A DNA stretch of 64,000 bases from Dehalococcoidia bacterium. GTDB taxonomy: Bacteria > Chloroflexota > Dehalococcoidia > Plut-88900. Shown piece after piece: positions 1 through 11,363 of the stretch (position 1 is the stretch's first letter; every line of letters begins with the position of its first letter). The notes under the pieces are model-generated. The model was not told the DNA's origin. It saw nothing but the letters and a program-made list of their open reading frames with translations, and did not search any database. Both the position numbers and the translations under genes were made by a program. Location of the stretch: positions 224,001 to 288,000 of the forward strand of contig CBDFLQ010000007.1 of assembly GCA_965249275.1 (NCBI GenBank), in the 5' to 3' direction.

Positions 1-107
1 TCACAGATGTCGACGGCGACCTGGGACCAGTCTTTTTCGACTTGGCGGGCGTCGATGAGGATGTAGTCGTTGCCGATTCCGTGCATCTTGGTGAAGCTGA
101 TGGTCAT
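1..107 (-). CDS. dapF: Diaminopimelate epimerase, N-terminal part (runs off the window start)
   Basis: Manual reverse translation MTISFTKMHGIGNDYILIDAR matches the DapF N-terminal motif FTKMHGxGND; lies directly downstream of miaA. Confidence 0.85.
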   Translation of the reverse strand, partial: MTISFTKMHGIGNDYILIDARQVEKDWSQVAVDIC

Positions 108-139
108 GGGACAGTGTTCTCCGGTTATTCAGTCAGGTC

Positions 140-1066
140 TTATATTTGCGTCTCAGATACGAATTCTGACACCCGTTCGGTTACGGGGCCGGTGAAGTCT
201 TTGCTTATATCATACCAGTCTATTCTAGGGTCTCCGGGCTTGAACCAGGCGGCTTGATGACGAATGAGCCGATGGGTCTCGGTCTTGGTCTTTTCTACTG
301 CGGCTTCCAGGGTGCATTCGCCTTTCAGGTACGAGCCGAGCTGTTTATAACCCACTCCCGACATGGATGGCAAGCCCAGACCATAGCCACGGCCCAGCAG
401 GTCGCTGACTTCCTCCACGAAGCCGGCTTCGATCATGGAGTCGACGCGGGAGTCGGTGCGGAGGTGAAGGGTGTCTCGGGGGGCGTTGAGGCCGATGACA
501 AGGATGGGATAGTCGAGGCCTTTTTTCTGGACCTGCTTGGAGAAGGGCACACCGGAGACTTCGAAGACTTCGAGGGCGCGGACTACGCGGCGGATGTTTC
601 GGGCGTCGATGGAGGCGGCAGCGTCGGGGTCAACGGTGTTGAGGCGGTCGTGGAGGGATTGGGGACCGAGGGTGGCGGCCTCTTCTGCCAGGCGGGCGCG
701 GAGGTCGGGGTTGGGGGGGACGTGGGGAATGGCCATGCCCTCCAGGAAACCCCAGACATAGAGGCCGCTTCCGCCGACGAGGATGGGGACTCGGCTTCTG
801 GAATAGATGTCGTCTACGGCGAGGTTGGCCTGTTGCAGGTAGAGGGCCAGGTTGAAGGGCTCGTCGGGGTCCACGATGTCGTAGAGATGGTGGGGGACGC
901 GGGCGAAGTCCTGGGGCGGGGGTTTGGCGGTGCCGATATCCATGTGCCGGTAGACCTGTCGGCTGTCGGCGTTGATTATCTCGCCGCCGAGGGTCTCGGC
1001 GAGGTGGAGTGCCAGGCCACTCTTGCCCGTGGCCGTAGGCCCGACGATGGCGACCAGTCCGGCCAA
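140..1066 (-). CDS. miaA: tRNA dimethylallyltransferase
   Basis: GPTATGKS P-loop, DSRQVYRHMDIGTAKP and VGGSGLY motifs. Confidence 0.97.
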   Translation of the reverse strand: MAGLVAIVGPTATGKSGLALHLAETLGGEIINADSRQVYRHMDIGTAKPPPQDFARVPHHLYDIVDPDEPFNLALYLQQANLAVDDIYSRSRVPILVGGSGLYVWGFLEGMAIPHVPPNPDLRARLAEEAATLGPQSLHDRLNTVDPDAAASIDARNIRRVVRALEVFEVSGVPFSKQVQKKGLDYPILVIGLNAPRDTLHLRTDSRVDSMIEAGFVEEVSDLLGRGYGLGLPSMSGVGYKQLGSYLKGECTLEAAVEKTKTETHRLIRHQAAWFKPGDPRIDWYDISKDFTGPVTERVSEFVSETQI

Positions 1067-1068
1067 GG

Positions 1069-1839
1069 TCAGTCCGGCCGGGCCTGGGAGGTTGCCGACA
1101 CGATGCCGGAAAAGTCGTCGGGGTCGAGGCTCGCTCCTCCGACGAGGGCTCCGTCGATATCATCGGACGTTATGAAGTCGCCGATGTTGGAGGACTTGAC
1201 GCTGCCGCCGTAGAGGATGCGCGTGTTACCTGCGGTTTGTTCGCCAAGTTGCTGCGAGATAGTTTGGCGGATAAGGGCAATGGCTTGCTCAGCGTCGGAG
1301 GCGGAGGCGGCTTTGCCGGTGCCGATTGCCCAGACTGGTTCGTAGGCGACAACGAAGTCGGCGTCTGGGGCCACGTCTTTGAGGCCGCCAATGACCTGTC
1401 GGGTGAGGACTTCTTCGGTGGTGTTGGCCTCGCGCTGGGCAAGGGTCTCACCGACGCAGAGGATGGGAGTTATGTCATGTGCCAAGGCTGAATGGAACTT
1501 GCGGTTTACGAAATCGTCGTCCTCTCCAAAGAGGGCACGGCGCTCTGAGTGGCCGACGATGACGTAGTCACAAAGACCGGAGAGCATGGTCGGGGAGACT
1601 TCGCCGGTGAATGCACCTTTGGGCTCGGGGTGGAGGTTCTGGGCACCTAGTTTGAGGGTGGAGCCGGATGTCTCGGCGCCGACGGTTGTGAGGGATATGA
1701 AGGGCGGGCATAGGAGGACTTCCACGCGGGGCGCGCCGTTCAGGTCCGAGGCTAGGGCTTTGGCGAGGGCGCGGGCTTCGTCGACGGTGGTGTTCATTTT
1801 CCAGTTGCCGGCGATGAGGGGGAGTCGGGTGTTGGGCAT
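1069..1839 (-). CDS. tpiA: Triosephosphate isomerase
   Basis: AGNWKMN, GHSERR, AYEPVWAIGTG, LYGGSV, LVGGASL motifs. Confidence 0.98.
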   Translation of the reverse strand: MPNTRLPLIAGNWKMNTTVDEARALAKALASDLNGAPRVEVLLCPPFISLTTVGAETSGSTLKLGAQNLHPEPKGAFTGEVSPTMLSGLCDYVIVGHSERRALFGEDDDFVNRKFHSALAHDITPILCVGETLAQREANTTEEVLTRQVIGGLKDVAPDADFVVAYEPVWAIGTGKAASASDAEQAIALIRQTISQQLGEQTAGNTRILYGGSVKSSNIGDFITSDDIDGALVGGASLDPDDFSGIVSATSQARPD

Positions 1840-1858
1840 TGAAGCCTCTCTCTTTTGG

Positions 1859-3070
1859 TTAGGCGCCGAATTTGATTAGTTTGCCGGCGTGGGCGAGGGC
1901 CAAGGGCATGACGTCTGTTGCGGCGAATTCGCCGAGGACGCCTTGGGCGCAGGCGCGTTCGCTGAACTTGGTCACGGTGTCGGGGCGGGCCCAGCGGCTC
2001 CACATCATGAAGGGGACGGGATGCCAGCTGTGGTTTGCCCAGATGGCGGGAGTCGAGTGGTCTCCGGCGACGACGAAAACGTCGGGGCGGAGGTCGATGA
2101 TTCTTTGTAGAGGGGCGTCGACTTCCTCCAGGGCTCGGACTTTGGCCTCGAAGTTGCCGTCTTCGCCTGCGGTGTCTGCGCCCTTGTAGTGGATGAAAAA
2201 GAAGTCGTGGTCGTCGTAGTTGGCGATCATTTCGTCGACGACATTAGTGAAACTCGGGCCCTTGGCCATGACTTTCATACCTACAAGTCGGGCGAGGCCG
2301 CGGTACATGGGGTAGGTGGCGATTCCAAGGGGGTTGAGCTTGTAAACCTCAGACATGGAAGGCATGTCCGGGAGCTTGGAGAAGCCCCGAAGGGTGAGCA
2401 TGTTGGCGGGGCTTCCAGCGTCTTTCAGGACGTCTTTGATTTTCTCGACGGCGGCGTTGACGATGTCGGCGGTGGGCTGTGCGTCGGGGTGGGTGGGGCG
2501 GACGGGCGGGGGAACGACGCCGTTGACCTGTTCATCGGTGTCGGCGAGGTCTTCGCTGAGACCCGGGCCACGGAAGACGATTACGAACCGGTGAGACTCT
2601 ACGGGATGGACATCGACCCGTGCGCCGTCGACCTCGATATTATTCAAGAGGCGGCAGAGCTCTCGGGACTCGCTGGAGGGGAGACGTCCGGCGCGGCGGT
2701 CGGTGATTACGCCCTCGGTGTTGACGGTGCAGAAGTTGCCGCGCACTGCGAGGTCGTCGGGAGTGAGGTCTATGCCAATACCGGCGGCTTCAAGGACTCC
2801 GCGCTTGATTAGGTTGGCTACCGGGTCGTAGCCGAAAAGAGCCAGGTGGCCGGGGCCGCTGCCGGGGATGATTCCGGGGGCCACGGGTACGGTGAGTCCG
2901 CACATGGAGAGGGAGGCGAGACGATCAAGGTTGGGAGTTGATGCGGTCTCAAGCTCGGCTTTGCCGGTGTCGGGGTGGGGGAGACCACCGAGGCCGTCGA
3001 TCACGAGAAAGACGATCTTGGAGTCGGTGGACCGGGAGACTTGAGAAATGAGCTGGTGGCTTTTGTTCAT
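1859..3070 (-). CDS. apgM: 2,3-bisphosphoglycerate-independent phosphoglycerate mutase (ApgM type)
   Basis: DGLGG, TPNLD, PGSGPGHLALFGYDP, GDHSTP, HSWHPVP motifs. Confidence 0.92.
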   Translation of the reverse strand: MNKSHQLISQVSRSTDSKIVFLVIDGLGGLPHPDTGKAELETASTPNLDRLASLSMCGLTVPVAPGIIPGSGPGHLALFGYDPVANLIKRGVLEAAGIGIDLTPDDLAVRGNFCTVNTEGVITDRRAGRLPSSESRELCRLLNNIEVDGARVDVHPVESHRFVIVFRGPGLSEDLADTDEQVNGVVPPPVRPTHPDAQPTADIVNAAVEKIKDVLKDAGSPANMLTLRGFSKLPDMPSMSEVYKLNPLGIATYPMYRGLARLVGMKVMAKGPSFTNVVDEMIANYDDHDFFFIHYKGADTAGEDGNFEAKVRALEEVDAPLQRIIDLRPDVFVVAGDHSTPAIWANHSWHPVPFMMWSRWARPDTVTKFSERACAQGVLGEFAATDVMPLALAHAGKLIKFGA

Positions 3071-4257
3071 GTAGCGTCCATTAGGGCGGCGACACCGGGG
3101 AGGGTGCTTCCGCCGAGAAATTCGAGGGATGCGCCGCCGCCGGTGGAGACGTGATTCATGCGGTCGGCTAGGCCGAAGGCGGCGACGGCGTCGGCGGTGG
3201 AGCCGCCACCTACCACGGTGACGGCGTCGGAATCTGCGAGGGCCTGGGCCATGTCTCGGGTGCCCGCAGAGAAGGCTGGGAACTCGTAGACGCCCATCGG
3301 GCCGTTCCAGAAGACGGTTTTGGCGCGCGTTATGTAATCTTTGAAGAGGGAAACGGTCTTGGGCCCGATGTCCAAGATTAGGGAATCGGGGGGGACGGCG
3401 TAGGCGGGGATGGTCTCGGGGGAGGCGTCAGGGCTGAACTCACCGGCCACCACGACGTCGATAGGTAAGGCAACGGTGACGTTACCCTGTTCCCCTTGAG
3501 CCATGATGCCCGACACGAAGTCGAGGCTCTGTTCTTCGTAGATGGAGCGGCCTATTTCCTGGCCCTTGGACTTGAAGAAGGTGGCGCACATACCTCCGCC
3601 CACCAGAAGTACGTCCAGTTTTTCCATGAGCCGTTCAACGACGGCGATTTTATCGCTGATCTTTGCGCCGCCGAGGAGGACGGTGAGGGGTCGGGCGGGG
3701 TTTTCGGAGGCCATGCCGAGGTATTTCAACTCCCGATCAAGGAGAAGGCCGGCGACGGAGGGGAGATGGTGGGCGACGCCCTCGGTGGAGGCGTGGGCCC
3801 TGTGGGCTGTGCCAAAGGCGTCGTTGACGAATATGTCGGCAAGGTTGGCGAGGGAGGCGGCGAATTCGGGGTCGTTGGCTTCCTCACGGAAGTCGAAACG
3901 GAGGTTTTCGAGGAAGAGGATGTCACCGGCGGAAAGGGACTCGGCCTGGGAAGCGACCCCATCACCGACTACAACGTCTGCCATTTGGACAGGTCGGCCA
4001 ATGAGGTCGGAGAGGCGTCGGGCGACGGGGGCGAGCCTGAGTTTGTCGTCCACCTTGCCTTTGGGCCGACCCATGTGTGAGCAGAGCACGAGGCTCGCTT
4101 CCCGGTCCAGAAGGAGTTGGATGGTGGGGAGGGAGGCCCTGATGCGGCTATCGTCGAGGATTGCGCCGGTCTCGGGGTCCAGGGGAACGTTGAAGTCCAC
4201 CCTGACAAGGACTCGCTTGCCGTTCACGTCTATCTCATTGACTGTTTTCTTGGTCAT
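3067..4257 (-). CDS. pgk: Phosphoglycerate kinase
   Basis: RVDFNVP, SHMGRPKG, LENLRF, NDAFGTAHRAHAS, STGGGASLEFL; start reassigned to MTKKTV (ATG at 4257). Confidence 0.97.
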   Translation of the reverse strand: MTKKTVNEIDVNGKRVLVRVDFNVPLDPETGAILDDSRIRASLPTIQLLLDREASLVLCSHMGRPKGKVDDKLRLAPVARRLSDLIGRPVQMADVVVGDGVASQAESLSAGDILFLENLRFDFREEANDPEFAASLANLADIFVNDAFGTAHRAHASTEGVAHHLPSVAGLLLDRELKYLGMASENPARPLTVLLGGAKISDKIAVVERLMEKLDVLLVGGGMCATFFKSKGQEIGRSIYEEQSLDFVSGIMAQGEQGNVTVALPIDVVVAGEFSPDASPETIPAYAVPPDSLILDIGPKTVSLFKDYITRAKTVFWNGPMGVYEFPAFSAGTRDMAQALADSDAVTVVGGGSTADAVAAFGLADRMNHVSTGGGASLEFLGGSTLPGVAALMDAT

Positions 4258-4271
4258 AGTCAGGGGTCGGC

Positions 4272-4895
4272 TTAGTGTGCCACGGGAAGGCCGCACACCT
4301 CTTCGATAGCGGTGTGGGGAATTATGCCCTCTCTGAGGATGGCAGGTCTTTCGCCCGATACGTCTACGATGGTGGAGGGTTGGGCGCCGGGGCACGGGCC
4401 CCGGTCGATTATCAAGTCGACCTTGCCGTCGAGCTGATCGGCGACTTCCTGGGCGGTGACGGGATTTGGGCCTCCGGCAATGTTGGCGCTGGTGCCGGTT
4501 ATAGGGGCGGAGAGGGCGGCGGCGAGCTGCCTGGGGACAGAGTGGTCGGGGACTCTCACGGCGACTGTCGAGCCCCAGCCATTGACGAGGCTAGGGATGT
4601 CAGGTCTGCAGCGGACGACGAGGGTCAGGGCACCGGGCCAGAATGCCTCGGCGAGGGCACGGGCGAGACCCCCGGTCTGGTCGGAGACGAGGGAGAGGTC
4701 GGCGACGGAGGATAGGAGAAGAGGGACGGGTTTGGAGTCGGGTCTTCCCTTGGCGTCGTAGAGCCTGCGCACGGCGGACTCAATGAAAGGGTGTGCGCCG
4801 AGTCCGTAAAGGGTGTCGGTAGGGAAAGCGACGAGGCCGCCGCTTTGAAGAATCGAGATAGCCTGTTCGATGTCGGTTGCGCCGGAGGTTGACAT
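4272..4895 (-). CDS. tsaC: Threonylcarbamoyl-AMP synthase (Sua5/YrdC)
   Basis: AFPTDTLYGLG, KGRP..KP, WPGALT, TSAN, PSTIVD motifs. Confidence 0.93.
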   Translation of the reverse strand: MSTSGATDIEQAISILQSGGLVAFPTDTLYGLGAHPFIESAVRRLYDAKGRPDSKPVPLLLSSVADLSLVSDQTGGLARALAEAFWPGALTLVVRCRPDIPSLVNGWGSTVAVRVPDHSVPRQLAAALSAPITGTSANIAGGPNPVTAQEVADQLDGKVDLIIDRGPCPGAQPSTIVDVSGERPAILREGIIPHTAIEEVCGLPVAH

Positions 4896-4988
4896 TGAGC
4901 AGTCGGGAGGACGGATATTACGGCGGAATTTACCTTGACTCAGTATATCACGGGTGCTAGGCTGAATCAGAGATCAACAGGAGGTTCC

Positions 4989-6671
4989 TTGGCGGAAGAG
5001 GGAGCCACAAATCTTAGCCGCAGAGTTGCGGCCACCGACGATCTAGAAGTCTCCACCTACCTTGAGATTGCGGGCAGTAAGGTAGGCCAAGCAGAGACTC
5101 CCCACCCCGACGCGCAGGTGGAACGCGCCTACCAACCGGAGTCCGTCGTCGTCCTGGATTTCGGGTCACAGTACAGTATGCTGATTGCCCGGCGGGTGCG
5201 CGAGTGCCACGTTTACTGCGAAATTCTCCCCTACAACGCACCGGCGGAGCAGGTTGCCAAGCTCAACCCCAGAGGATTCATTCTTTCCGGGGGGCCGGCG
5301 AGCGTATACGAGCCCTCGGCGCCGATGGCTCCGGCCTACATCTACGAAAGCGGGGTCCCGATCCTGGGAATCTGCTACGGCATGCAAGCCCTGACCCATC
5401 AGCTGGGGGGTAAGGTGTCGTCGGGGTTGAAGAGGGAGTACGGGCACGCAGTCCTACGTCAGAACGTGGCCGATCACCCGATCTTCAAGGGACTGCCCCT
5501 GGAGATGCCGGTTTGGATGAGCCACGGGGACGAGATCTCGGAGCCGCCACCCGGTTTCTCGAGCCTGGCGTACACCGACAACGCCCCGGTTGCAGTGCTG
5601 GGGAACGAGCGGGGGATTATCGGGCTGCAGTTTCATCCGGAGGTGTCCCACACGCCGAACGGGGCGGACATCCTCAAGAACTTCCTCTACGAGGTCTGCG
5701 GCTGCAAAGGGACTTGGACGCCTGCGAGCTTCATAACCGAGGCCACCGACAGGATTCGGGAGCAGGTGGGCGGAGGCAAGGTGATCTGCGCGCTGTCCGG
5801 GGGAGTGGACTCGGCGGTGACGGCGGCGCTGGTGCAAAAGGCAATCGGGGACCAGCTGACGTGCATCTTCGTGGACAACGGGCTGCTAAGGAGGGAGGAG
5901 TCGGAGAGGGTGAGGGGGGTGTTCGAACGGCACCTGAACCTGAACCTGATATACGTAGACGCGGTGGACAGATTCCTGGAGAGGCTGGAAGGGGTTACCG
6001 ACCCGGAGAGGAAGCGGCACATCATCGGGGAGGAGTTCATCCGGGTGTTCGAGGAGGAGGCGGGAGAGTTGGGCGAAGTGAACTACCTGGCGCAGGGGAC
6101 GCTGTACCCCGATGTAATCGAGAGCCTGCCCCCGGCGGACGCGCCCTCGGTGACGATCAAGACGCACCACAACGTCGGAGGACTCCCGGATGTGATGAAG
6201 CTGTCGCTGGTCGAGCCATTGCGGCAGCTGTTCAAGGATGAGGTTCGGGAAGTTGGGGATGAGCTGGGGATGCCCGAGGAGATGGTGTACCGGCAGCCGT
6301 TCCCGGGCCCTGGGTTGGCTATCCGAATAATCGGGGAGGTGACGAGGGAGCGGCTGGAGGTGCTTCGGAGCGCTGACTGGATAGTGATGGATGAGATCAA
6401 AGCCAGCGGGCTGTACGGTAAGCTGTGGCAGAGCTTCGCGGTGCTGACGCCACTTCATACGGTAGGTGTTATGGGAGACTTTCGCACCTATGGGAGCATA
6501 GTCGCGATCCGGGCGGTGACCAGTGAGGACGCGATGACCGCGGACTGGGCTCGGTTGCCGTACGACGTACTAGCGCAGATTTCCAGCCGTATAGTGAACG
6601 AGGTGCCGGGGGTGAACCGGGTGGTCTACGACATTTCCAGCAAGCCGCCTTCGACCATTGAGTGGGAGTAG
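4989..6671 (+). CDS. guaA: GMP synthase (glutamine-hydrolysing), with an N-terminal extension
   Basis: [41 protein letters not shown]; probable TTG start at 4989 after an AGGAGG RBS. Confidence 0.97.
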   Translation: MAEEGATNLSRRVAATDDLEVSTYLEIAGSKVGQAETPHPDAQVERAYQPESVVVLDFGSQYSMLIARRVRECHVYCEILPYNAPAEQVAKLNPRGFILSGGPASVYEPSAPMAPAYIYESGVPILGICYGMQALTHQLGGKVSSGLKREYGHAVLRQNVADHPIFKGLPLEMPVWMSHGDEISEPPPGFSSLAYTDNAPVAVLGNERGIIGLQFHPEVSHTPNGADILKNFLYEVCGCKGTWTPASFITEATDRIREQVGGGKVICALSGGVDSAVTAALVQKAIGDQLTCIFVDNGLLRREESERVRGVFERHLNLNLIYVDAVDRFLERLEGVTDPERKRHIIGEEFIRVFEEEAGELGEVNYLAQGTLYPDVIESLPPADAPSVTIKTHHNVGGLPDVMKLSLVEPLRQLFKDEVREVGDELGMPEEMVYRQPFPGPGLAIRIIGEVTRERLEVLRSADWIVMDEIKASGLYGKLWQSFAVLTPLHTVGVMGDFRTYGSIVAIRAVTSEDAMTADWARLPYDVLAQISSRIVNEVPGVNRVVYDISSKPPSTIEWE

Positions 6672-6704
6672 ACCAGAAGGGGCATCGACCTGGGTGAAGC
6701 TATC

Positions 6705-7988
6705 GTGAACATCCTGGTTGTTGGGAACGGAGGTCGGGAGCACGCGTTGGTTTGGAAGCTGGCGCAAAGCCATCGAACTGGAAAACTGTTTGTCGCGCCC
6801 GGGAATGGGGGCACGAGACAAGCAGCCGAGAATCTGGGCATTTCCGCGACGGATATTGATGGGCTGGCGTCGGCCGTGGATAAGCACAGGATTGACCTGA
6901 CGGTGGTCGGGCCGGAGGCTCCTCTGGCCGAGGGAATCGTGGACAGGTTCGAGGGGCTGGGAATCCCGGTGTTTGGGCCGAGCAAGGCCGCGGCTCGGCT
7001 GGAGTCGTCCAAGATATTCGCCAAAGAGGTGATGGAGAGGGCCGGGGTGGCGTGCGCCAAGGGAAAAGGGTTCTCTTCTGTGGAAGAGGCGCATCGTTAT
7101 GTAGAGCAGGTCGGGGGGGCGGTGGTTGTGAAGGCTGACGGTCTGGCTGCGGGCAAGGGTGTCACTGTCGCAGAGACGGTTGAGGAAGCGCACAGGGCAG
7201 TGGACGAGGCGATGGTGAGTCGGGTGTTTGGGGAGGCGGGGGACAGGGTTGTGATTGAGGAGTGTCTGAGGGGTCGGGAAGTGAGCCTTTTTGTATTTGC
7301 GGATGCGGATACGGTGTCGGCGCCGGTGACCGCGTGCGATTACAAGCGACAATTGGACGGAGACAAGGGCCCCAACACCGGCGGGATGGGCTGCTACAGC
7401 CCCGCAGAGTTCCTGGACGAGGCGCAGTCGTGGGAGCTCAGGGATACGGTTGCGGTGCCTGTAATCAAGGCTATGGCCGCAATGGGGTGCCCTTACAAAG
7501 GTGTGCTATACGTCGGGGTGATGATGACGGAGGACGGGCCGAGGGTGCTGGAGTTCAACGTCAGGCTCGGGGACCCGGAGGCGCAGGTGGTGTTGCCGAG
7601 GCTGGAGTCGGACCTGGTGGAAATCGTCGATGCGGTGGCGCACGACCGGCTGTCGGAGGTTGAAGTGAAGTGGAGCGGGGATGCGGCAGTGGCGGTTGTT
7701 CTGGCCTCGGGGAGGTATCCGGGCAAGTACCGGACAGGGTTTGCTATCTCCGGGCTGGACTCTCTGGACGGAGAAACCCTAGCCTTCCATGCAGGAACAT
7801 TTTATGATGAAGGGTCGAAAGAACTTAAGACTTCCGGCGGCCGCGTACTGAGCGTGGTGGGTCGGGGGAGGAGTTTGGAGGAGGCTCGGGTGCGGGCGTA
7901 TGACAACGTGGGAAGGGTGGGGTTTGAGGGACGGCAATATCGAAAGGACATTGGCCTCGTTGGTGAGGCCGTATCGGCAGGAGAGTGA
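6705..7988 (+). CDS. purD: Phosphoribosylamine--glycine ligase
   Basis: [38 protein letters not shown]. Confidence 0.97.
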   Translation: MNILVVGNGGREHALVWKLAQSHRTGKLFVAPGNGGTRQAAENLGISATDIDGLASAVDKHRIDLTVVGPEAPLAEGIVDRFEGLGIPVFGPSKAAARLESSKIFAKEVMERAGVACAKGKGFSSVEEAHRYVEQVGGAVVVKADGLAAGKGVTVAETVEEAHRAVDEAMVSRVFGEAGDRVVIEECLRGREVSLFVFADADTVSAPVTACDYKRQLDGDKGPNTGGMGCYSPAEFLDEAQSWELRDTVAVPVIKAMAAMGCPYKGVLYVGVMMTEDGPRVLEFNVRLGDPEAQVVLPRLESDLVEIVDAVAHDRLSEVEVKWSGDAAVAVVLASGRYPGKYRTGFAISGLDSLDGETLAFHAGTFYDEGSKELKTSGGRVLSVVGRGRSLEEARVRAYDNVGRVGFEGRQYRKDIGLVGEAVSAGE

Positions 7989-7989
7989 C

Positions 7990-8454
7990 ATGCCTTTAGT
8001 TGGAATAGTGATGGGCAGCCCATCAGACGAACCCTATGCAAAAGAGACGACGGATATCCTGGACAAGCTGGGAATATCCTACGAGCTGAACTTCATATCC
8101 GCACACAGGACACCGGAGAAGGCCAGAGAGTACGGGATAACGGCGAGGGAGCGGGGGCTGGAGGTGATTATCGCGGGGGCCGGAATGGCGGCGCACCTGC
8201 CGGGTGTGATGGCCAGCTGGACCACCCTCCCGATAATCGGAGTGCCGCTGCCGGGGAGCGACCTGGACGGGCTGGATGCACTGCTGGCTATTGTGCAGAT
8301 GCCGGGAGGAATTCCGGTGGCGACGGTGGCGATAGGGAAGGCGGGTGCGAGGAACGCGGCGTTCTTCGCGGCGCAGATACTCGGGCTCAAACATCCGGAA
8401 ATTGCCAAGGCGCACGAGGAGCACCGGGCGCGCCTGAACTCGGGACAGCGATAA
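7990..8454 (+). CDS. purE: N5-carboxyaminoimidazole ribonucleotide mutase
   Basis: [33 protein letters not shown]; ATG at 7990. Confidence 0.97.
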   Translation: MPLVGIVMGSPSDEPYAKETTDILDKLGISYELNFISAHRTPEKAREYGITARERGLEVIIAGAGMAAHLPGVMASWTTLPIIGVPLPGSDLDGLDALLAIVQMPGGIPVATVAIGKAGARNAAFFAAQILGLKHPEIAKAHEEHRARLNSGQR

Positions 8455-9770
8455 TGATTCCTCGGTATTCAAGGCCGGCGATGTCTCGGGTGTGGGAAGA
8501 CGACGCCCGTTATGACAAGTGGCTCCAGATAGAGGTCGCCGTTTGCGAGGCGTGGACGGAAGAGGGAGTCATCCCCGAATCGGAGATGGAGCTAATCCGC
8601 GGCGCCACCTACGATCTGGCGATATTCGATGAGGCTATGAAGGAGACCAAGCACGACATGACCGCGTTCCTGCGGGCCATGTACCCGAGCGTCGGGAGCG
8701 GGGCGAGGTATCTGCACCTGGGTTTGACTACCTCCGACGTGTGGGACACTGCTCTGAGCATGCAGATGGTGGAGGCGGTGGGGCTGCTGCTGGGGGAAGT
8801 TGACCGGCTGATCCGTGCACTGGAGTCGAAAGCCCGGGAGCACAAGGACACGGTGATGATCGGGCGGACACACGGTGTGCACGCCGAGCCGATCACATTC
8901 GGGCTAAAGCTGGCGCTTTGGGTCGACGAGATGAGGCGGAACCGGGAGAGGATGGAGAGGTTGAAGGGGTCGGTGGGGGTGGGGAAGATCTCGGGGGCGG
9001 TGGGGACGTATGCCTTGGTGTCGCCGGAGATAGAGGAGCGGGTGTGCCGGAGGCTGGGCCTAACGCCGGCGCGGATTTCGAGCCAGATAGTTCAGCGGGA
9101 CATCCACGCCGAGTTTTCCATGACCCTGGCCTTGGTCGGGGCTTCTTTGGAGAAGTTTGCAACGGAGTTAAGGGGACTGCAACGCACGGAGATCCTGGAA
9201 GTCGAGGAGCCGTTCGGCAAGGGACAGACGGGGTCGTCGGCGATGCCGCACAAGCGCAATCCGATCATCTGTGAAAGGATATGCGGGCTGGCCCGGGTGA
9301 TGCGCGGGCACGTTGTGGCAGCGTTGGAGGACGTGGCGCTCTGGAACGAGAGGGACATCAGCCATTCGTCGGTGGAACGGATTATTATGCCGGACTCCTG
9401 CCTGGCGCTGGACTATTGTCTCGACCTGTTCACGGGGGTCATCGAAGGTATGACGGTCCATAGCGAGAACATGACTAGGAACCTGGAGTCGACGCGGGGG
9501 CTGGTGTTTTCGCAGAGGGTGTTGACCCGGCTTATCGAGTCGGGGCTGGACCGGAACGAGGCCTACGGGGTCGTGCAGAAGCATTCTTTGGAGTCCTGGG
9601 CAGAAGGCAAAGATTTTCGCAAGCTGCTCCTTGATGACTCACAGGTGACGGATCGGGTGCCTGCGGAGGAATTGCGATCATTGTTCGAGTACGGGTTCTA
9701 TGTACGCCACGTCGACGAGGTCTTTCGTCGGCTAGGCTTGAATAACGGCGTAACAGGTGAAGCAAAATGA
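8454..9770 (+). CDS. purB: Adenylosuccinate lyase
   Basis: [29 protein letters not shown] signature. Confidence 0.97.
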   Translation: MIPRYSRPAMSRVWEDDARYDKWLQIEVAVCEAWTEEGVIPESEMELIRGATYDLAIFDEAMKETKHDMTAFLRAMYPSVGSGARYLHLGLTTSDVWDTALSMQMVEAVGLLLGEVDRLIRALESKAREHKDTVMIGRTHGVHAEPITFGLKLALWVDEMRRNRERMERLKGSVGVGKISGAVGTYALVSPEIEERVCRRLGLTPARISSQIVQRDIHAEFSMTLALVGASLEKFATELRGLQRTEILEVEEPFGKGQTGSSAMPHKRNPIICERICGLARVMRGHVVAALEDVALWNERDISHSSVERIIMPDSCLALDYCLDLFTGVIEGMTVHSENMTRNLESTRGLVFSQRVLTRLIESGLDRNEAYGVVQKHSLESWAEGKDFRKLLLDDSQVTDRVPAEELRSLFEYGFYVRHVDEVFRRLGLNNGVTGEAK

Positions 9771-10666
9771 TAACTCTCACAGACTCGGCGCTGCCCAATA
9801 TCCTGTACCGGGGCAAGGTTAGGGACACCTACGAAGTAAAAGGCAAGCTGCTGATGGTGGCTACGGACCGGATCTCGGCGTTCGACATTGTATTGCCGAG
9901 CGGGATACCGGGTAAGGGTAAGATACTGTCCCTGATGTCGGCGTTCTGGTTCCTACGAACGGGACAGCTGGTGCCGAACCACTATATCGCAATGGCGGGG
10001 GATGCGGAGGGGTTGGGGGAGCTGGCCGGAGCGGTGGAGGCGATGGGTGTGCCGACCGAGGTAGCCGACAGGGCGATGGTGGTGAAGAAGGCGGAGAGGA
10101 TCGACATTGAGTGCATAGTGAGGGGTCACATCACGGGGTCGGCTTGGTCGGAGTACAAGAGACAGGGCACGGCGGGAACATTGCCGATGCCGGCGGGACT
10201 GTTAGAGTCCCAGAAGTTCCCGGAGCCGCTCTTCACGCCGACGACCAAGGCAGAGACGGGCCACGATGAGAACATGACGTACCAGCAGGTGCAGGACATG
10301 GTCGGCGATGAGATGGCCGACAGGCTTCGGGACACGAGCATCGCGGTGTACGCTTTCGCTCGGGACTACGCGGCGGAGCGGGGAATAATCATCGCAGACA
10401 CGAAGATGGAGTTCGGGATAATTGACGGTCAGCTGTACCTTATCGACGAATTGCTGACACCGGACTCGAGCAGGTTCTGGGATGCGGAGCAATTTGAGGT
10501 TGGCAGGTCGCAGCAGAGCTTCGACAAGCAGTACGTGAGGGACTGGTTGATAGAGTCGGGTTGGGACCGGGAACCTCCCGCTCCTCCCCTCCCTGATGAT
10601 GTGGCAAACAAAACTGCAGAGCGCTACGAAGAGGCTTACATGCGGTTGACAGGGAAAAAGCTATAA
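9767..10666 (+). CDS. purC: SAICAR synthase
   Basis: GKVRD, TDRISAFD, ADTKMEFG, DELLTPDSSRFW, DKQYVRD. Confidence 0.97.
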   Translation: MITLTDSALPNILYRGKVRDTYEVKGKLLMVATDRISAFDIVLPSGIPGKGKILSLMSAFWFLRTGQLVPNHYIAMAGDAEGLGELAGAVEAMGVPTEVADRAMVVKKAERIDIECIVRGHITGSAWSEYKRQGTAGTLPMPAGLLESQKFPEPLFTPTTKAETGHDENMTYQQVQDMVGDEMADRLRDTSIAVYAFARDYAAERGIIIADTKMEFGIIDGQLYLIDELLTPDSSRFWDAEQFEVGRSQQSFDKQYVRDWLIESGWDREPPAPPLPDDVANKTAERYEEAYMRLTGKKL

Positions 10667-10708
10667 TGGGATACTTGATTGTGAACTTAAGTACGAATAG
10701 AGGATAAT

Positions 10709-11344
10709 TTGGCAAGACGTAGAGGTCCGGTCGGGCCGCCCAGCGGCAAATCTTTCTGGCAGAAATATCAGTGGTTCATCATAGCCGGAGTGGCGCTTTT
10801 CTTTGTGATTACGGTGATCGCGCCGGCGTTGACCAACACTCCGGAGCAGCCGGAGGAAACGAATGAAGGCACTGCACCGGATGCGGTAGCCGGGGCCACG
10901 GTTCCGGGAGAGTTCTACTTCAAGTCCACGTCGGCCGAGCACATCCCCGTTGGATCCAGGGGCTCAGGGTACGCCTCCGACCCGCCCACCTCGGGTCAGC
11001 ATTGGTCCGAGCAGGGTCTGGCCCCCATTAGCTGGGGCCTCTACGGCGACATCGTTCCCGATGAAGTGCTGATTCACAACATGGAGCACGGAGGGATAAT
11101 TGCTTACTACCGTCCCTCGGCGCCGCCAGCGGAGGTGGAGCAACTCAGGCAGTTCATGATGGCGCAGCCCGGATACCCAAAGGGTTACATAGTGGCGCCG
11201 CGTGCTACGTTGCCGGCGGACATTACCCTGGCCGCTTGGGAATATTATCTGCCGCTGTTCCAGTACAATGAGGCCACGATAACATCATTCATCAACGCAC
11301 ACTATGATCAGGGCCCGGAGACGGTGGACGGACAGCTGAGATAG
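10709..11344 (+). CDS. DUF3105-like membrane-anchored protein
   Basis: N-terminal TM helix; PPTSGQHW and HNMEHG motifs, ending in GPE. Confidence 0.8.
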   Translation: MARRRGPVGPPSGKSFWQKYQWFIIAGVALFFVITVIAPALTNTPEQPEETNEGTAPDAVAGATVPGEFYFKSTSAEHIPVGSRGSGYASDPPTSGQHWSEQGLAPISWGLYGDIVPDEVLIHNMEHGGIIAYYRPSAPPAEVEQLRQFMMAQPGYPKGYIVAPRATLPADITLAAWEYYLPLFQYNEATITSFINAHYDQGPETVDGQLR

Positions 11345-11363
11345 ACGGCGCAGACACGAGGGA

